DNA of 32,683 nucleotides from an uncultured Dehalococcoidales bacterium (lineage in GTDB: Bacteria; Chloroflexota; Dehalococcoidia; Lucifugimonadales; Lucifugimonadaceae): assembly GCA_964387235.1 (NCBI GenBank), contig CAYLWG010000005.1, positions 2,731 through 35,413 of the forward strand. The letters run 5' to 3'. Made by a program: the position numbers and the translations under genes. Of the stretch, positions 1 to 8,944 are shown piece by piece (the first letter of the stretch is position 1; every line of letters begins with the position of its first letter). Under the pieces are notes generated by a model, which saw only the letters and a list, made by a program, of their open reading frames with translations, was not told where the DNA came from and made no database searches.

Positions 1-1
1 T

Positions 2-1219
2 TTCGTTGCTTGGGGCATTTTACGGTGGTTTATAAGTCTTGGGACAGGGACGGTGGTTGCAGCCTCTCGAACAGCGCGAGGTCAAGGGTCGCTCTCTGAG
101 AACTTGTCAGCGCAGCTACGCGGAATGAAAGCGTTTGAAGCTCGGTACATCTGGAACGAAGTTGGAGATGAGGAGAAATACCGAGCCGTAGAGATACAGG
201 GACGGGGTGTTGTGCCGATAAACAGGCGAACCAACATCGGGTTCGTTACGTCGGTGTTCGACACCACAGGCGAAGAGGCCGCACCAGTCCTTTCCGTGCT
301 CGACTCGTTGCAGGAGCCGAATTCGGTCGTATTCCAGAACCTTGTGGGGGCCGGTTACGTGGAACCGGACCAGGGTTACATATCGTGGACGCGAATTGGT
401 TTACTCATCCCAGAGTTTTTGACTCCGCCATATGGTGGGCAGCGGCAACTGACGATCGTCATCAGGATGGTCGATCTGAGTCAATCACCCATGATTACCC
501 ATGGCGCCATGAGTACCTCTGACAGTGCATTTATTCAAGCGTGGAACTGGACAATCAATCACAACTTCGTAGGAGTCAAGGGGTACGAAGAAAATGCGCA
601 AGATCATGAAGAAACTGGAGCTCTCACGGTTAAATTAGCGGTATCGGTAGCGATGTCAGATCGCCACCTTGCGGACGAGGAGGGCGCTAAAATCCAGGAC
701 TGGATTGTAAAGACCATTGAACCCTACTCAGACGAGAGGCGGGAATCGCTCAAAACTCGACTGAACGATGCTTTGAGAGATGCATATTCTTTGGCGGTGA
801 ATGGTGAATTAACTGTCGGCGACACAATTAGCAGGCTGAACGAAATTGCTGAAACTTACGAAAAATTCGAGGCTATTGAGCTGTGCATGGACATAATGGC
901 CGCTGACGACATTGCGTCTTCCGAGGAACTGACTCTAATTCGGATTTTTTCGCGTGAGCTAGGAATCGATTTTGACGAAGTTGCCGCTATGCTTGATCAA
1001 AGATTGGTCGAACTATCCCCGGTTGTTGAGACGGCAGACCCATCGGCACTTCTTGGAATTGATGACGGTTGGTCAGCCGAACAAGTCAGGCTGCACTTGA
1101 ACGCCGAATTCCTGAAATGGAGCAACAGGACCGCGAGCCTGTCTGATCCAGAAGAACTCGAAAATGCTCAGGCAATGCTTGACCTCATCGCTAAAGCTAG
1201 GCTGGAATATGCCGAATGA
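2..1219 (+). CDS. TerB-domain protein with N-terminal hydrophobic segment and C-terminal J-like domain (5' truncated by window)
   Basis: The frame is open from position 2 (FVAWGILRWFISLGTGTVV...), so the true start lies outside the window. TerB-like region: LAVSVAMSDRHLADEEGAKI ... LCMDIMAADDIASSEELTLIRIFSRELGI. The C-terminus ALLGIDDGWSAEQVRLHLNAEFLKWS...AQAMLDLIAKAR resembles a J-domain without HPD. Confidence 0.7.
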   Translation, partial: FVAWGILRWFISLGTGTVVAASRTARGQGSLSENLSAQLRGMKAFEARYIWNEVGDEEKYRAVEIQGRGVVPINRRTNIGFVTSVFDTTGEEAAPVLSVLDSLQEPNSVVFQNLVGAGYVEPDQGYISWTRIGLLIPEFLTPPYGGQRQLTIVIRMVDLSQSPMITHGAMSTSDSAFIQAWNWTINHNFVGVKGYEENAQDHEETGALTVKLAVSVAMSDRHLADEEGAKIQDWIVKTIEPYSDERRESLKTRLNDALRDAYSLAVNGELTVGDTISRLNEIAETYEKFEAIELCMDIMAADDIASSEELTLIRIFSRELGIDFDEVAAMLDQRLVELSPVVETADPSALLGIDDGWSAEQVRLHLNAEFLKWSNRTASLSDPEELENAQAMLDLIAKARLEYAE

Positions 1220-2285
1220 ACTCGGCAATGCTCACCGATTAGCTGAATCGATTCGATACAGCGATGATGTGCCGATTCGGCCCGCGCACGATATTGAAAG
1301 ACGCGTCGGTCAGCAGTCAAAAAACCACTTGCTTCGCGGAGCGCTGCGCATTACGTCGGAGGTCACGCCGGAGCTGCAATTCATTGTTACCACCGCAGCC
1401 AGACGCCTAACATTCCCACCTGACAAGGTGGATGCCTTCGTGTACTCCTCATCCGAACTCCAGGCCAGTTGCCAGGCAGGAATCAATGACGGTTGCTTGG
1501 TGACGATTTCATCTGGGTTGGTTGAACGACTCGATCGCGAAGAGACGATATTTGTTATTGGTCACGAGATTGGCCATTTCCTGCTTGGCCATGGTGATTC
1601 CGTCCATGAATCTGAGCAACAAAGTGTCGAGACCTTGATGATCAGCCGTAGGCAGGAAATTTCTGCGGATAGATTAGGCTTGGTGGCCTGTAATTCATTA
1701 GATGCGGCGATTTGGGCGCTTTTGAAAATATTCTCAGGACTCTCTCGCTCGCAACTTCGGTTCGATGTCGGTGAGTTTATTGCCCAAATCGGAACAGGTA
1801 AAAATGAACAGCAATCAGGTGGCGGTGCTTACACCCACCCATCGATGACACTCAGATCCAGAGCGCTGCTTTGGTTTTCTATTGAGCGTTCCCGCGAAGG
1901 CGGCAGGATCGACGAGTTCGGCGAGAGAGACGGCGACGTAGATCATCGAATCCGTGAAGACTTCCGTAAATATGAAGATGGAGACGCTCAGTCGGCGGTG
2001 GAGGAAGCGGAAGCCGATGTCCGGCTGTGGTCGATTGCAACAGTGATGTTGGAAGCAGCGCCATGGCAAATTCTAGACAGCGAATCTCTGGTCGAAATGA
2101 TTGGAGCTGAGATGGCTGCAAAGTTGACAGGGTTCATCGGATCGCTGACAGAGTCAGAAAAATCGAGAGTAATACAAGAGAAATTGGAATCAGCCTTGTC
2201 GCACCTGTCCGATTACTCGGATGCCGACACCGAAACCATTGTCAGAACAACACGAGAGACAGCATTGGCAACACTTTGGTTGTGA
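1209..2285 (+). CDS. M48-family zinc metallopeptidase (HtpX/Ste24-like fold)
   Basis: HEIGH zinc motif, SRRQEISADRLG third-ligand motif and YTHP motif. The ATG at 1209 overlaps the upstream gene's last 11 nt; the ORF track's longer start at 1164 is less likely. Confidence 0.8.
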   Translation: MPNELGNAHRLAESIRYSDDVPIRPAHDIERRVGQQSKNHLLRGALRITSEVTPELQFIVTTAARRLTFPPDKVDAFVYSSSELQASCQAGINDGCLVTISSGLVERLDREETIFVIGHEIGHFLLGHGDSVHESEQQSVETLMISRRQEISADRLGLVACNSLDAAIWALLKIFSGLSRSQLRFDVGEFIAQIGTGKNEQQSGGGAYTHPSMTLRSRALLWFSIERSREGGRIDEFGERDGDVDHRIREDFRKYEDGDAQSAVEEAEADVRLWSIATVMLEAAPWQILDSESLVEMIGAEMAAKLTGFIGSLTESEKSRVIQEKLESALSHLSDYSDADTETIVRTTRETALATLWL

Positions 2286-2504
2286 TTGATGGGAATTCAG
2301 CGCGAGTGGTGTTTAAGAGCGGAAGGCGAGATTGCGAGGAAATGCAGGATTTGATGCAAGAATCTCGTGTTCATGCGTCACCAACATCCTGAGTGCGCAG
2401 AAACGATGTCTAACAATTGGATGCTGTGTTCACCGGCAAGCCCGACTCTCCCCCAACTCCACCAATCACATTGCGCGACGGGTAATTCGGGAAGGCTTAA
2501 ATTC

Positions 2505-2534
2505 AAAGGCCCAGCTTAGTGCTGGGTCTTTGTT
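2505..2534. terminator. Probable bidirectional intrinsic terminator
   Basis: aaaggcccagc-ttagt-gctgggtcttt inverted repeat with one mismatch, A-rich on one side and T-rich on the other, just past the tRNA-Pro 3' end. Confidence 0.6.
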
Positions 2535-2545
2535 GGGGTTTAGAT

Positions 2546-2620
2546 TGGTCGGGGCGGCAAGGTTCGAACTTGCGACCCCCCGCCCCCAAAACGGGTGCGC
2601 TACCACTGCGCCACGCCCCG
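2546..2620 (-). tRNA. tRNA-Pro (TGG)
   Basis: The reverse complement reads CGGGGCGTGGCGCAGTGGTAGCGCA-CCCGT-TT-TGG-GG-GCGGG-GGGTCGCAAGTTCGAACCTTGCCGCCCCGACCA. It forms a cloverleaf with a TTCGAA T-loop and an encoded CCA. Confidence 0.96.
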
Positions 2621-3029
2621 ACCGATGTGCCTGTTCCCTCTTCCCGGACAGGCGAACCTGTCTATTGTAAAACTGTAAACGCCTAATCACATACCCAATT
2701 CGGGGCAATTGACGAGACTGTTCAATATCGCGTGGCCCAATCGTGGAGCAAACGTAAGTGAGCGGCTACTCACTAAAGGTTAAAAAACAACATATTGGTG
2801 TTTTCGCCTAATAATCTCGCGTCAAATGTATTGAGATTCGCTACGCAAAGTGCGAATTTTTAACTACAGAGTCGAAACAGGTCAATCGACTTCGATATTC
2901 ATTGGTTCTGGTCGTTTAGCCCAGATCCTGTTATCTCGGGCAATTTTTCCCGAACTAATCAGGCCAAAACGAGCGCATCTCCCGCTATATCCGGGGGGCG
3001 GCGGAGTTCTAGCGACGGCAACTCTTCGA

Positions 3030-4328
3030 ATGTTCCAAAGGCACCGCACAGCGATGGTGTCAGGGGAAGCGACTTCCAAAGCACGCCCGGTTCGGCGCAT
3101 TCGCAGAGGCCACCCGCTGGGTGTTCTGCGCAACCGACAGTTCCGGCGTTACTGGATCGCGGGCCTCGCTACGTTTACCGGGTTCAACATGCAGATGTTG
3201 ATCCGCGGCTGGATGATGTACGAACTCACTTCATCACCTCTTATGGTGACGATGGTGACGGCTGCCATGATGATGCCGATGCTGTTCCTTTCGCTGGTCG
3301 GAGGGGCGCTTGCAGATCGCGTCGACCGCAAGATCGTAACGCTGATTTCGGATATCACTCTCTTTATCAGTTTCGTGGCATTAACCGTGATATCGGCTCT
3401 TGGAATTATGGCCCCCTGGCACATCATCGTCATCTCAGTGATTAACGGAATCGCTTTTTCGCTGGCGATATCGTCGCGGCAGGCACTTGTCTCCGGGCTG
3501 GTTCATCGTGAGCAGCTCCGCACGGCAGTTGGTCTATCGGCCACAACGTTCAGTTCGGCGCAGATAATCGGGCCTGCTATAGGCGGCGCTATTCTGCCAT
3601 TTCTTGGCCCCACTTGGGCGCTCGGTGCAAGTTCCGTGGCGATCGTGCCAGCTCTTTTTCTTTACGCATCGCTTAAACCAGCTCATCTGTCGAGTTCCAG
3701 TAAACCGACAGGGTCGATCGTCGAAAACGTCAAAGCCGGGCTGTCGTACGCCTACAGCAATACAACCATTCGGTTCCTGATGCTTGGAACGATGGTTATG
3801 ATCCTCACAATGGTGCCGTATCAATCGCTGATGCCGGTGTTTGCGGAAGATGTTTTGAAGGTCGGAGCCGGTGGGCTCGGCGTTCTATTGCTGTTCGCCG
3901 GAATCGGTTCCCTCATAGGTTCGTTGAGTGTTGTCGCAATCGACGATAAAGTCGAGCCACAAAAACTCGAACTCATCTTCGGACTGCTCGCATCTGTTTC
4001 ACTCATCGGTTTTGCACTATCACCCTGGTTTGCCGTGTCGGTTCTGCTGGTAGGTATTTCAGCCTTCGCAACGACCGGGTTCATGGTGGTCAATATGACG
4101 GCAGTTCAAGTGTTGAGTCCCGACTACATTCGTGGTCGCGTGGTTAGCGTGCGCTTTCTCGCAATCGGGCTTATGCCGATTGGGGCGCTTTTCATGGGTG
4201 CGCTGGCCGAAACGCTTGGAGCTTCGATGGCCGTCGGAATTGTGGCGATTCTGGGAGCAATAGGGCTCGCAGGCGTCCAGGTAGCATCGCGGTTTCTGTC
4301 GGGCGAACACGACTCGTCGACTGGATAG
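3030..4328 (+). CDS. MFS transporter (EntS/DHA3-like)
   Basis: About 12 hydrophobic segments with GGALADRVDRK motif A, IIGPAIGG and PDYIRGRV. The start is uncertain (ATG at 3030 or 3054; the ORF track uses 2850). Confidence 0.85.
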   Translation: MFQRHRTAMVSGEATSKARPVRRIRRGHPLGVLRNRQFRRYWIAGLATFTGFNMQMLIRGWMMYELTSSPLMVTMVTAAMMMPMLFLSLVGGALADRVDRKIVTLISDITLFISFVALTVISALGIMAPWHIIVISVINGIAFSLAISSRQALVSGLVHREQLRTAVGLSATTFSSAQIIGPAIGGAILPFLGPTWALGASSVAIVPALFLYASLKPAHLSSSSKPTGSIVENVKAGLSYAYSNTTIRFLMLGTMVMILTMVPYQSLMPVFAEDVLKVGAGGLGVLLLFAGIGSLIGSLSVVAIDDKVEPQKLELIFGLLASVSLIGFALSPWFAVSVLLVGISAFATTGFMVVNMTAVQVLSPDYIRGRVVSVRFLAIGLMPIGALFMGALAETLGASMAVGIVAILGAIGLAGVQVASRFLSGEHDSSTG

Positions 4329-4486
4329 CGTGGGCTAACGGTAAGCGTTCTGCTGCTGTGGGGCCGGGTGCAGGGATTTCTTCCGACTACCCTCAGTTGC
4401 CCGCGTGCTAGGCTGCTCGGAACCATCGTAGCTTTAAGCCGACCGTAGCGAGTCGATCTGACAGGAAACGTCGCAAGCGACCCCGA

Positions 4487-5533
4487 ATGAAAATCACGTC
4501 CCTCAGCGCTGTTTACCCGAGTTACAGCCGCACTGCGCCGTCGTGGCGGACGCATCTCTGGCAGATCGTCGTCAGGGTCGAAACCGACACCGGTCAGGTC
4601 GGCTGGGGTTATGGCGGTGGCGGTAAAGCTGCTGCCGTAATCGTAAACGGGCATTTCTCTGAGATTCTCGTGGGGCGATCCATAGATTCTGTTTCTGATA
4701 TCTCAGACACCTGGGATTTTCTCTACGCAGAGTCGATTCCGTATGGACGAAAAGGCGTGGCGATCATGGCGCTTAGCGGGGTGGACCTGGCGCTTTACGA
4801 CGCGCTCGGCAGGGCCGAGGCGAAGCCGGTTGCCGAGTTGCTGGGCGGGGTAGAAAAACGGCGAATTCGCTGTTACGCCACGGGTTTGGACACCGACTGG
4901 TACGCCGAGTTGGGGTTTACAGCCCAGAAGATGCCGCACAGGTGGACAGGTGACAAGTCGATGGATCAGGCTGTGGAAGTGGCCGAGAACGCTCGTGCTG
5001 TTCTGGGTCCGGGTGCAGAGGTGATGTTTGACGCGTACATGTCGTGGAATTCGGAAACGACGCTGCGGATGGCCGATGCGCTGTCGCATGTCGGTATTCA
5101 CTGGTTCGAGGACCTGCTGACACCCGACGATCTACAGGAATTGGGGACGCTCCGGCGAAAGATACAGCCAGTCAACATGGCCGGTGGTGAGCATGAATTC
5201 ACTGCTCACGGTTTCGCCGAGGTCGCAACGGCGAGGGCGTATGACATCTGGCAACCGGATATAACCTGGTGTGGCGGTATCACCGCGGGGCTGCGCATCG
5301 TCGATATGGCGAAAACGGCGAAAGCAAGTGTCGTACCGCATCGGGGCGGCGAGCCGTGGGGGCTTCACCTGATTGCGGCGTCGGGCTGCGGGGATTTTGC
5401 TGAACTTGTTATGGGCACAAGAAACGCCGAATCTGACGTTATCTGGCTCGGTGCGCCCGAACCAGTAGACGGCTATATCGAGTTGGGCGATGCCCACGGG
5501 TTCGGCGTTACCCCCAACGAAGATTTGCTTTAG
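4487..5533 (+). CDS. Enolase-superfamily (mandelate racemase subgroup) acid-sugar dehydratase, L-rhamnonate dehydratase-like
   Basis: PYGRKG..SGVDLALYD capping domain; metal ligands in MFDAYM, WFED and GGEHE; QPDITWCGG; VVPH. Confidence 0.8.
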   Translation: MKITSLSAVYPSYSRTAPSWRTHLWQIVVRVETDTGQVGWGYGGGGKAAAVIVNGHFSEILVGRSIDSVSDISDTWDFLYAESIPYGRKGVAIMALSGVDLALYDALGRAEAKPVAELLGGVEKRRIRCYATGLDTDWYAELGFTAQKMPHRWTGDKSMDQAVEVAENARAVLGPGAEVMFDAYMSWNSETTLRMADALSHVGIHWFEDLLTPDDLQELGTLRRKIQPVNMAGGEHEFTAHGFAEVATARAYDIWQPDITWCGGITAGLRIVDMAKTAKASVVPHRGGEPWGLHLIAASGCGDFAELVMGTRNAESDVIWLGAPEPVDGYIELGDAHGFGVTPNEDLL

Positions 5534-5564
5534 CAGACTGGCCGCCTGAGGCTACCCGAAGTTC

Positions 5565-6335
5565 TTATTTCAGGGCACGGGCGATTTTCTCGCACGCCTG
5601 CATGTAGATCGTGGCATCAACGTTGATCGACAGGTACTGCACTCCGAGGTCGATCAGCCACTTGCCCATCTCGACGTCCTTGGCATACGAGCCGACGACT
5701 CGGCCCTGTGCCCGCGCTTTCGTCGTAGCCTCTTTGAGCGCATCTTCGACTATTTTCGAGCGGACATCACCGGGGACACCGAGCGATTGCGAGATGTCGT
5801 AGGGGCCCAAAAACAGCACGTCGATTCCTTCGACAGTCATAATTTCGTCAAGATTATCGAGGCCTTTCCGGCCCTCGATGTGAACAACGGTCATCGTTTC
5901 TTCGTTCTGGCGTGCGGGATGATCCACAGCATCGTCTTTGTAGTAGTTGCCAGCCCTTGTGAATACAGAAACGCCGCGCTGGCCCAGTGGTGCGTATTTC
6001 GCGGAATGCACAACGCGTTTGGCATCTTCGACAACGTTGATCTGGGGAACCTGAACACCTTCAGCGCCAATATCGAGTGCCCGCAGGATGGGCCATTCTT
6101 CGTTACCACCCACACGAACGATGGGCGCTACGCCGCTGCCCTGCGCCGCGATAACGAGATCGGATACGGTTTCCATCGACAGCGAACCGTGCTCGGTATC
6201 GAGGATGCAAAAATCCATGCCTGAATAGCCGAGAGCATCAACTAGCGTGACCGAGGGTACGATCACAAAAGGGCCGATTACGGTTTCGCCTGCCTGGAGT
6301 TTTTTCTTAAGTTCGCCGCGAATGGTCTTTTTCAT
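5565..6335 (-). CDS. HpcH/HpaI (GarL/RhmA-like) class II pyruvate aldolase
   Basis: DFCILDTEHG, PIVRV, ALDIGAEGVQVP, KYAPLGQRG, HIE and LFLGPYDISQSLG. Confidence 0.88.
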   Translation of the reverse strand: MKKTIRGELKKKLQAGETVIGPFVIVPSVTLVDALGYSGMDFCILDTEHGSLSMETVSDLVIAAQGSGVAPIVRVGGNEEWPILRALDIGAEGVQVPQINVVEDAKRVVHSAKYAPLGQRGVSVFTRAGNYYKDDAVDHPARQNEETMTVVHIEGRKGLDNLDEIMTVEGIDVLFLGPYDISQSLGVPGDVRSKIVEDALKEATTKARAQGRVVGSYAKDVEMGKWLIDLGVQYLSINVDATIYMQACEKIARALK

Positions 6336-6532
6336 ACTTCACCTGTGGTAACTGGTCGACGGTGCAACCACGCCGACCGCACGATAGATATTTGTTAGCG
6401 GCACAAAGTTTACCTGTGGAACGGCGGGAGTTCGAGCCTGATTCAACCAAAGGCATGGATAGACGACACTAGTAGCCAATCTGCACCCACTGCACTACGG
6501 GCAGTGTGACATTCGGGCGGTATCCTTCTTCG

Positions 6533-7408
6533 ATGCGAAATTCTCGTCAAGCCTCCCGAATAGTGTTTCTTGGCACCGGCACGTCTGAAGGCGTGCCCCG
6601 AGTTTCGTGCCTGACTCGCACCGACCGCGTGTGCGCTGTATGCACCGACGCTATGAAACCGGGTTCGCCCAACCGACGGCGGAACACTTCCCTGCTGATA
6701 CAGCGAACACTGGACGACGGGCGCACGCACAATATCGTGATCGACGCCGGGAAGTTTTTCTACGAATCGGCGATGCAGTGGTTTCCAAAATACGCGGTCG
6801 AAACTATCGATGCGCTGGTAATCACCCACTCTCACGCAGATGCAGTTGGCGGGATGGACGATCTCAGGGACTGGACTAATAATGCCCAAGAATCGCTGCC
6901 GATTTACCTGAGAGAATCCGATCTGAAGAACGTAGATTCACTTTTTTACTATCTTGTGGATCGAAACAAGCAGACCGGGGGCGGTGGGGTTGCCAGACTC
7001 GTTTTCCATACGATCGATGCCATGCCGTTCGTAATCGACGGGCTCGAAATAATTCCCTTACCTGTCCATCATGGCCAGGCCAACGAGATATTCGGCTACC
7101 GGTTCGGGCCTGTGAGTTACATTTCCGACGCTTCGGCAATTTCGGATGCGACAGCGAAGCTCGTCGCAGGCTCGGAGTTACTGGTGCTGGATGCGCTTCG
7201 ACCCGCACGCACACACGGCACTCACTTTACGGTGGAGGAGGCAATCGAGCAGGTACGCCGGTTGCGCCCGAAAAGAACTCTACTAACGGATGCCACGCAC
7301 GATATTGATCACAATTCGGTGAATGCCATGCTGGCGAAACTCATGGAGTCGGATGGTCTCGATATCCAGTACGCCCACGATGGGCTGGCAATCGAGATTG
7401 AGCTGTAA
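6533..7408 (+). CDS. PhnP-like MBL-fold metallo-hydrolase
   Basis: FLGTGTSEGVP, C-x7-CxxC zinc site, RRNTS, THSHADA, DDLR, YISD, THF and HDG motifs. The start could be 6506 or 6533. Confidence 0.85.
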   Translation: MRNSRQASRIVFLGTGTSEGVPRVSCLTRTDRVCAVCTDAMKPGSPNRRRNTSLLIQRTLDDGRTHNIVIDAGKFFYESAMQWFPKYAVETIDALVITHSHADAVGGMDDLRDWTNNAQESLPIYLRESDLKNVDSLFYYLVDRNKQTGGGGVARLVFHTIDAMPFVIDGLEIIPLPVHHGQANEIFGYRFGPVSYISDASAISDATAKLVAGSELLVLDALRPARTHGTHFTVEEAIEQVRRLRPKRTLLTDATHDIDHNSVNAMLAKLMESDGLDIQYAHDGLAIEIEL

Positions 7409-7456
7409 ATTGCCCGGTTCTAAAACGGGGCCGTGTGCTGGCCGCACGCCCCTTAC

Positions 7457-8200
7457 CTACCCGCCCTGCTCGGCCTTCCATTTGCGGTATTGCGCTATGA
7501 CTTCGTCGTCGGGCGGATAGTAAATACCGGGCGTTTGGTTTTCTTCGTCAAGGCGGCGACGAATCCACTCTTCGAGGTCATCGTACTCGATGGCTTTCTT
7601 CGCGATGTCCGGGGCTACACCACGTGGGATCACTACTACTCCGTCATCGTCGGCAACGATGTAATCACCGGGTCTGACCAGCACTCCATCGACGTTAATA
7701 GAGTCGTTTGTTGAGTAAGGGGTGCCGACACGGGTGCCGAGGTTCGAGGTCTTATCGAGCCCCCACATGCCGACTCCATAGTCCTTAACCGTGTGCATAT
7801 CGCGAATACCGCCATCACACACAAGCCCATCGACACCACGCTGTTTCAGCCGTAGAAACTTGATGTCGCCGCCAATCGACATCCGTTTGTTGCGCATCGA
7901 TTCCATCACGATCACATCGCCGGGACCTGCCAGTTCGAACGCAGCGTATTCGGGGGAATCTTCACCTCCAGGTTTTTCGGCCATCGCATCGGGGCGGGCC
8001 GGGACGAATCGCACGGTGATAGCCCGCGCCACCAGTCTCAGGCCGGGGTTCATCGTGCGGATATTTGGCATGTAGATGTAGTGAGGCTCGTAGCCGTTTC
8101 GGGCCAGCACATCGACAACTGCTGTCGTGTTGACGCGCTTGAGCTGTTCGATTGTTGCTTTATCCAGAACGTGGTCGGGCGTGGGTTGAATTACGGCCAT
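7457..8200 (-). CDS. RraA-like / HMG-aldolase family protein
   Basis: ARAITVRFVPARPD, GGDI, GLVCDGGIRD and VRPGDYIVADDDGVVVIP. Confidence 0.85.
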   Translation of the reverse strand: MAVIQPTPDHVLDKATIEQLKRVNTTAVVDVLARNGYEPHYIYMPNIRTMNPGLRLVARAITVRFVPARPDAMAEKPGGEDSPEYAAFELAGPGDVIVMESMRNKRMSIGGDIKFLRLKQRGVDGLVCDGGIRDMHTVKDYGVGMWGLDKTSNLGTRVGTPYSTNDSINVDGVLVRPGDYIVADDDGVVVIPRGVAPDIAKKAIEYDDLEEWIRRRLDEENQTPGIYYPPDDEVIAQYRKWKAEQGG

Positions 8201-8294
8201 GTGCGGGTGCTATCTCCGGCTATTGGGTGCGATCAAACCCGCCAATGGTACAGGGCGGTGTACAGGTGCCACTCCTGTCGTCTGTTATGACTTC

Positions 8295-8867
8295 CTAATC
8301 GGCCTCTTGATGCGCCCAGTAACGGGCGAGGCACATGAGGGTTACGCCATCTTCTATCTCCTGGCTGGCCGCCATCTGGGCGATCTCTTGCCGGGTAACG
8401 AGTTTTGCATCGATGATGCCTTCTTCGGATTGAAGTTTTACTTCGCTCAATTCGATTTCTGGAACTTTCGCCAGTACCGTGTAGAACGTATCGCCGATGA
8501 AGCCTGAGACAGGAGTTTGCGAGCCGATCAACTCGACCGTTTCGGGTGTGACTCCGGTCTCCTCGATAAGCTCCCGTCGCCCGCCTTCGAGCGGCGTCTC
8601 ATCGTCTTCGATAATCCCGGCCGGGAATTCCCACAGGTAGCGTTTCACCGGATACCGGTACACCTTGATGAGCAAATATTTTTCGGACGGCGTTACCGGA
8701 ACTGTCATCACCGCGCCGTTGGCAGAGTGGGTACGCGCCCACGCGTATTGACCGGATGTGCCATCGAAATGCCTGATGTCGTCGTAGTAGAAGTCCCACC
8801 ATGGGGTTTCGTATACGAGATGTTCTACGCCCGGTTCCGGTTGTGGAAAGTCGTTCGGTTCGGTCAT
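8295..8867 (-). CDS. NUDIX hydrolase (ADP-ribose pyrophosphatase-like)
   Basis: Nudix box GIIEDDETPLEGGRRELIEETG, preceded by YRYP..WEFPAG. Confidence 0.88.
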   Translation of the reverse strand: MTEPNDFPQPEPGVEHLVYETPWWDFYYDDIRHFDGTSGQYAWARTHSANGAVMTVPVTPSEKYLLIKVYRYPVKRYLWEFPAGIIEDDETPLEGGRRELIEETGVTPETVELIGSQTPVSGFIGDTFYTVLAKVPEIELSEVKLQSEEGIIDAKLVTRQEIAQMAASQEIEDGVTLMCLARYWAHQEAD

Positions 8868-8944
8868 TTATCGAATCCGTATCGCTAATAGAGTTTTTCT
8901 ATCGCCAGTTATTCTTCTGCCCCTGGCTGCCCCGGTTCCGGCGA

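Noticed and set aside
2332-2708. ORFs 2332..2670 (+) and 2466..2708 (-)
   Set aside because: Both overlap tRNA-Pro and do not look protein-like.
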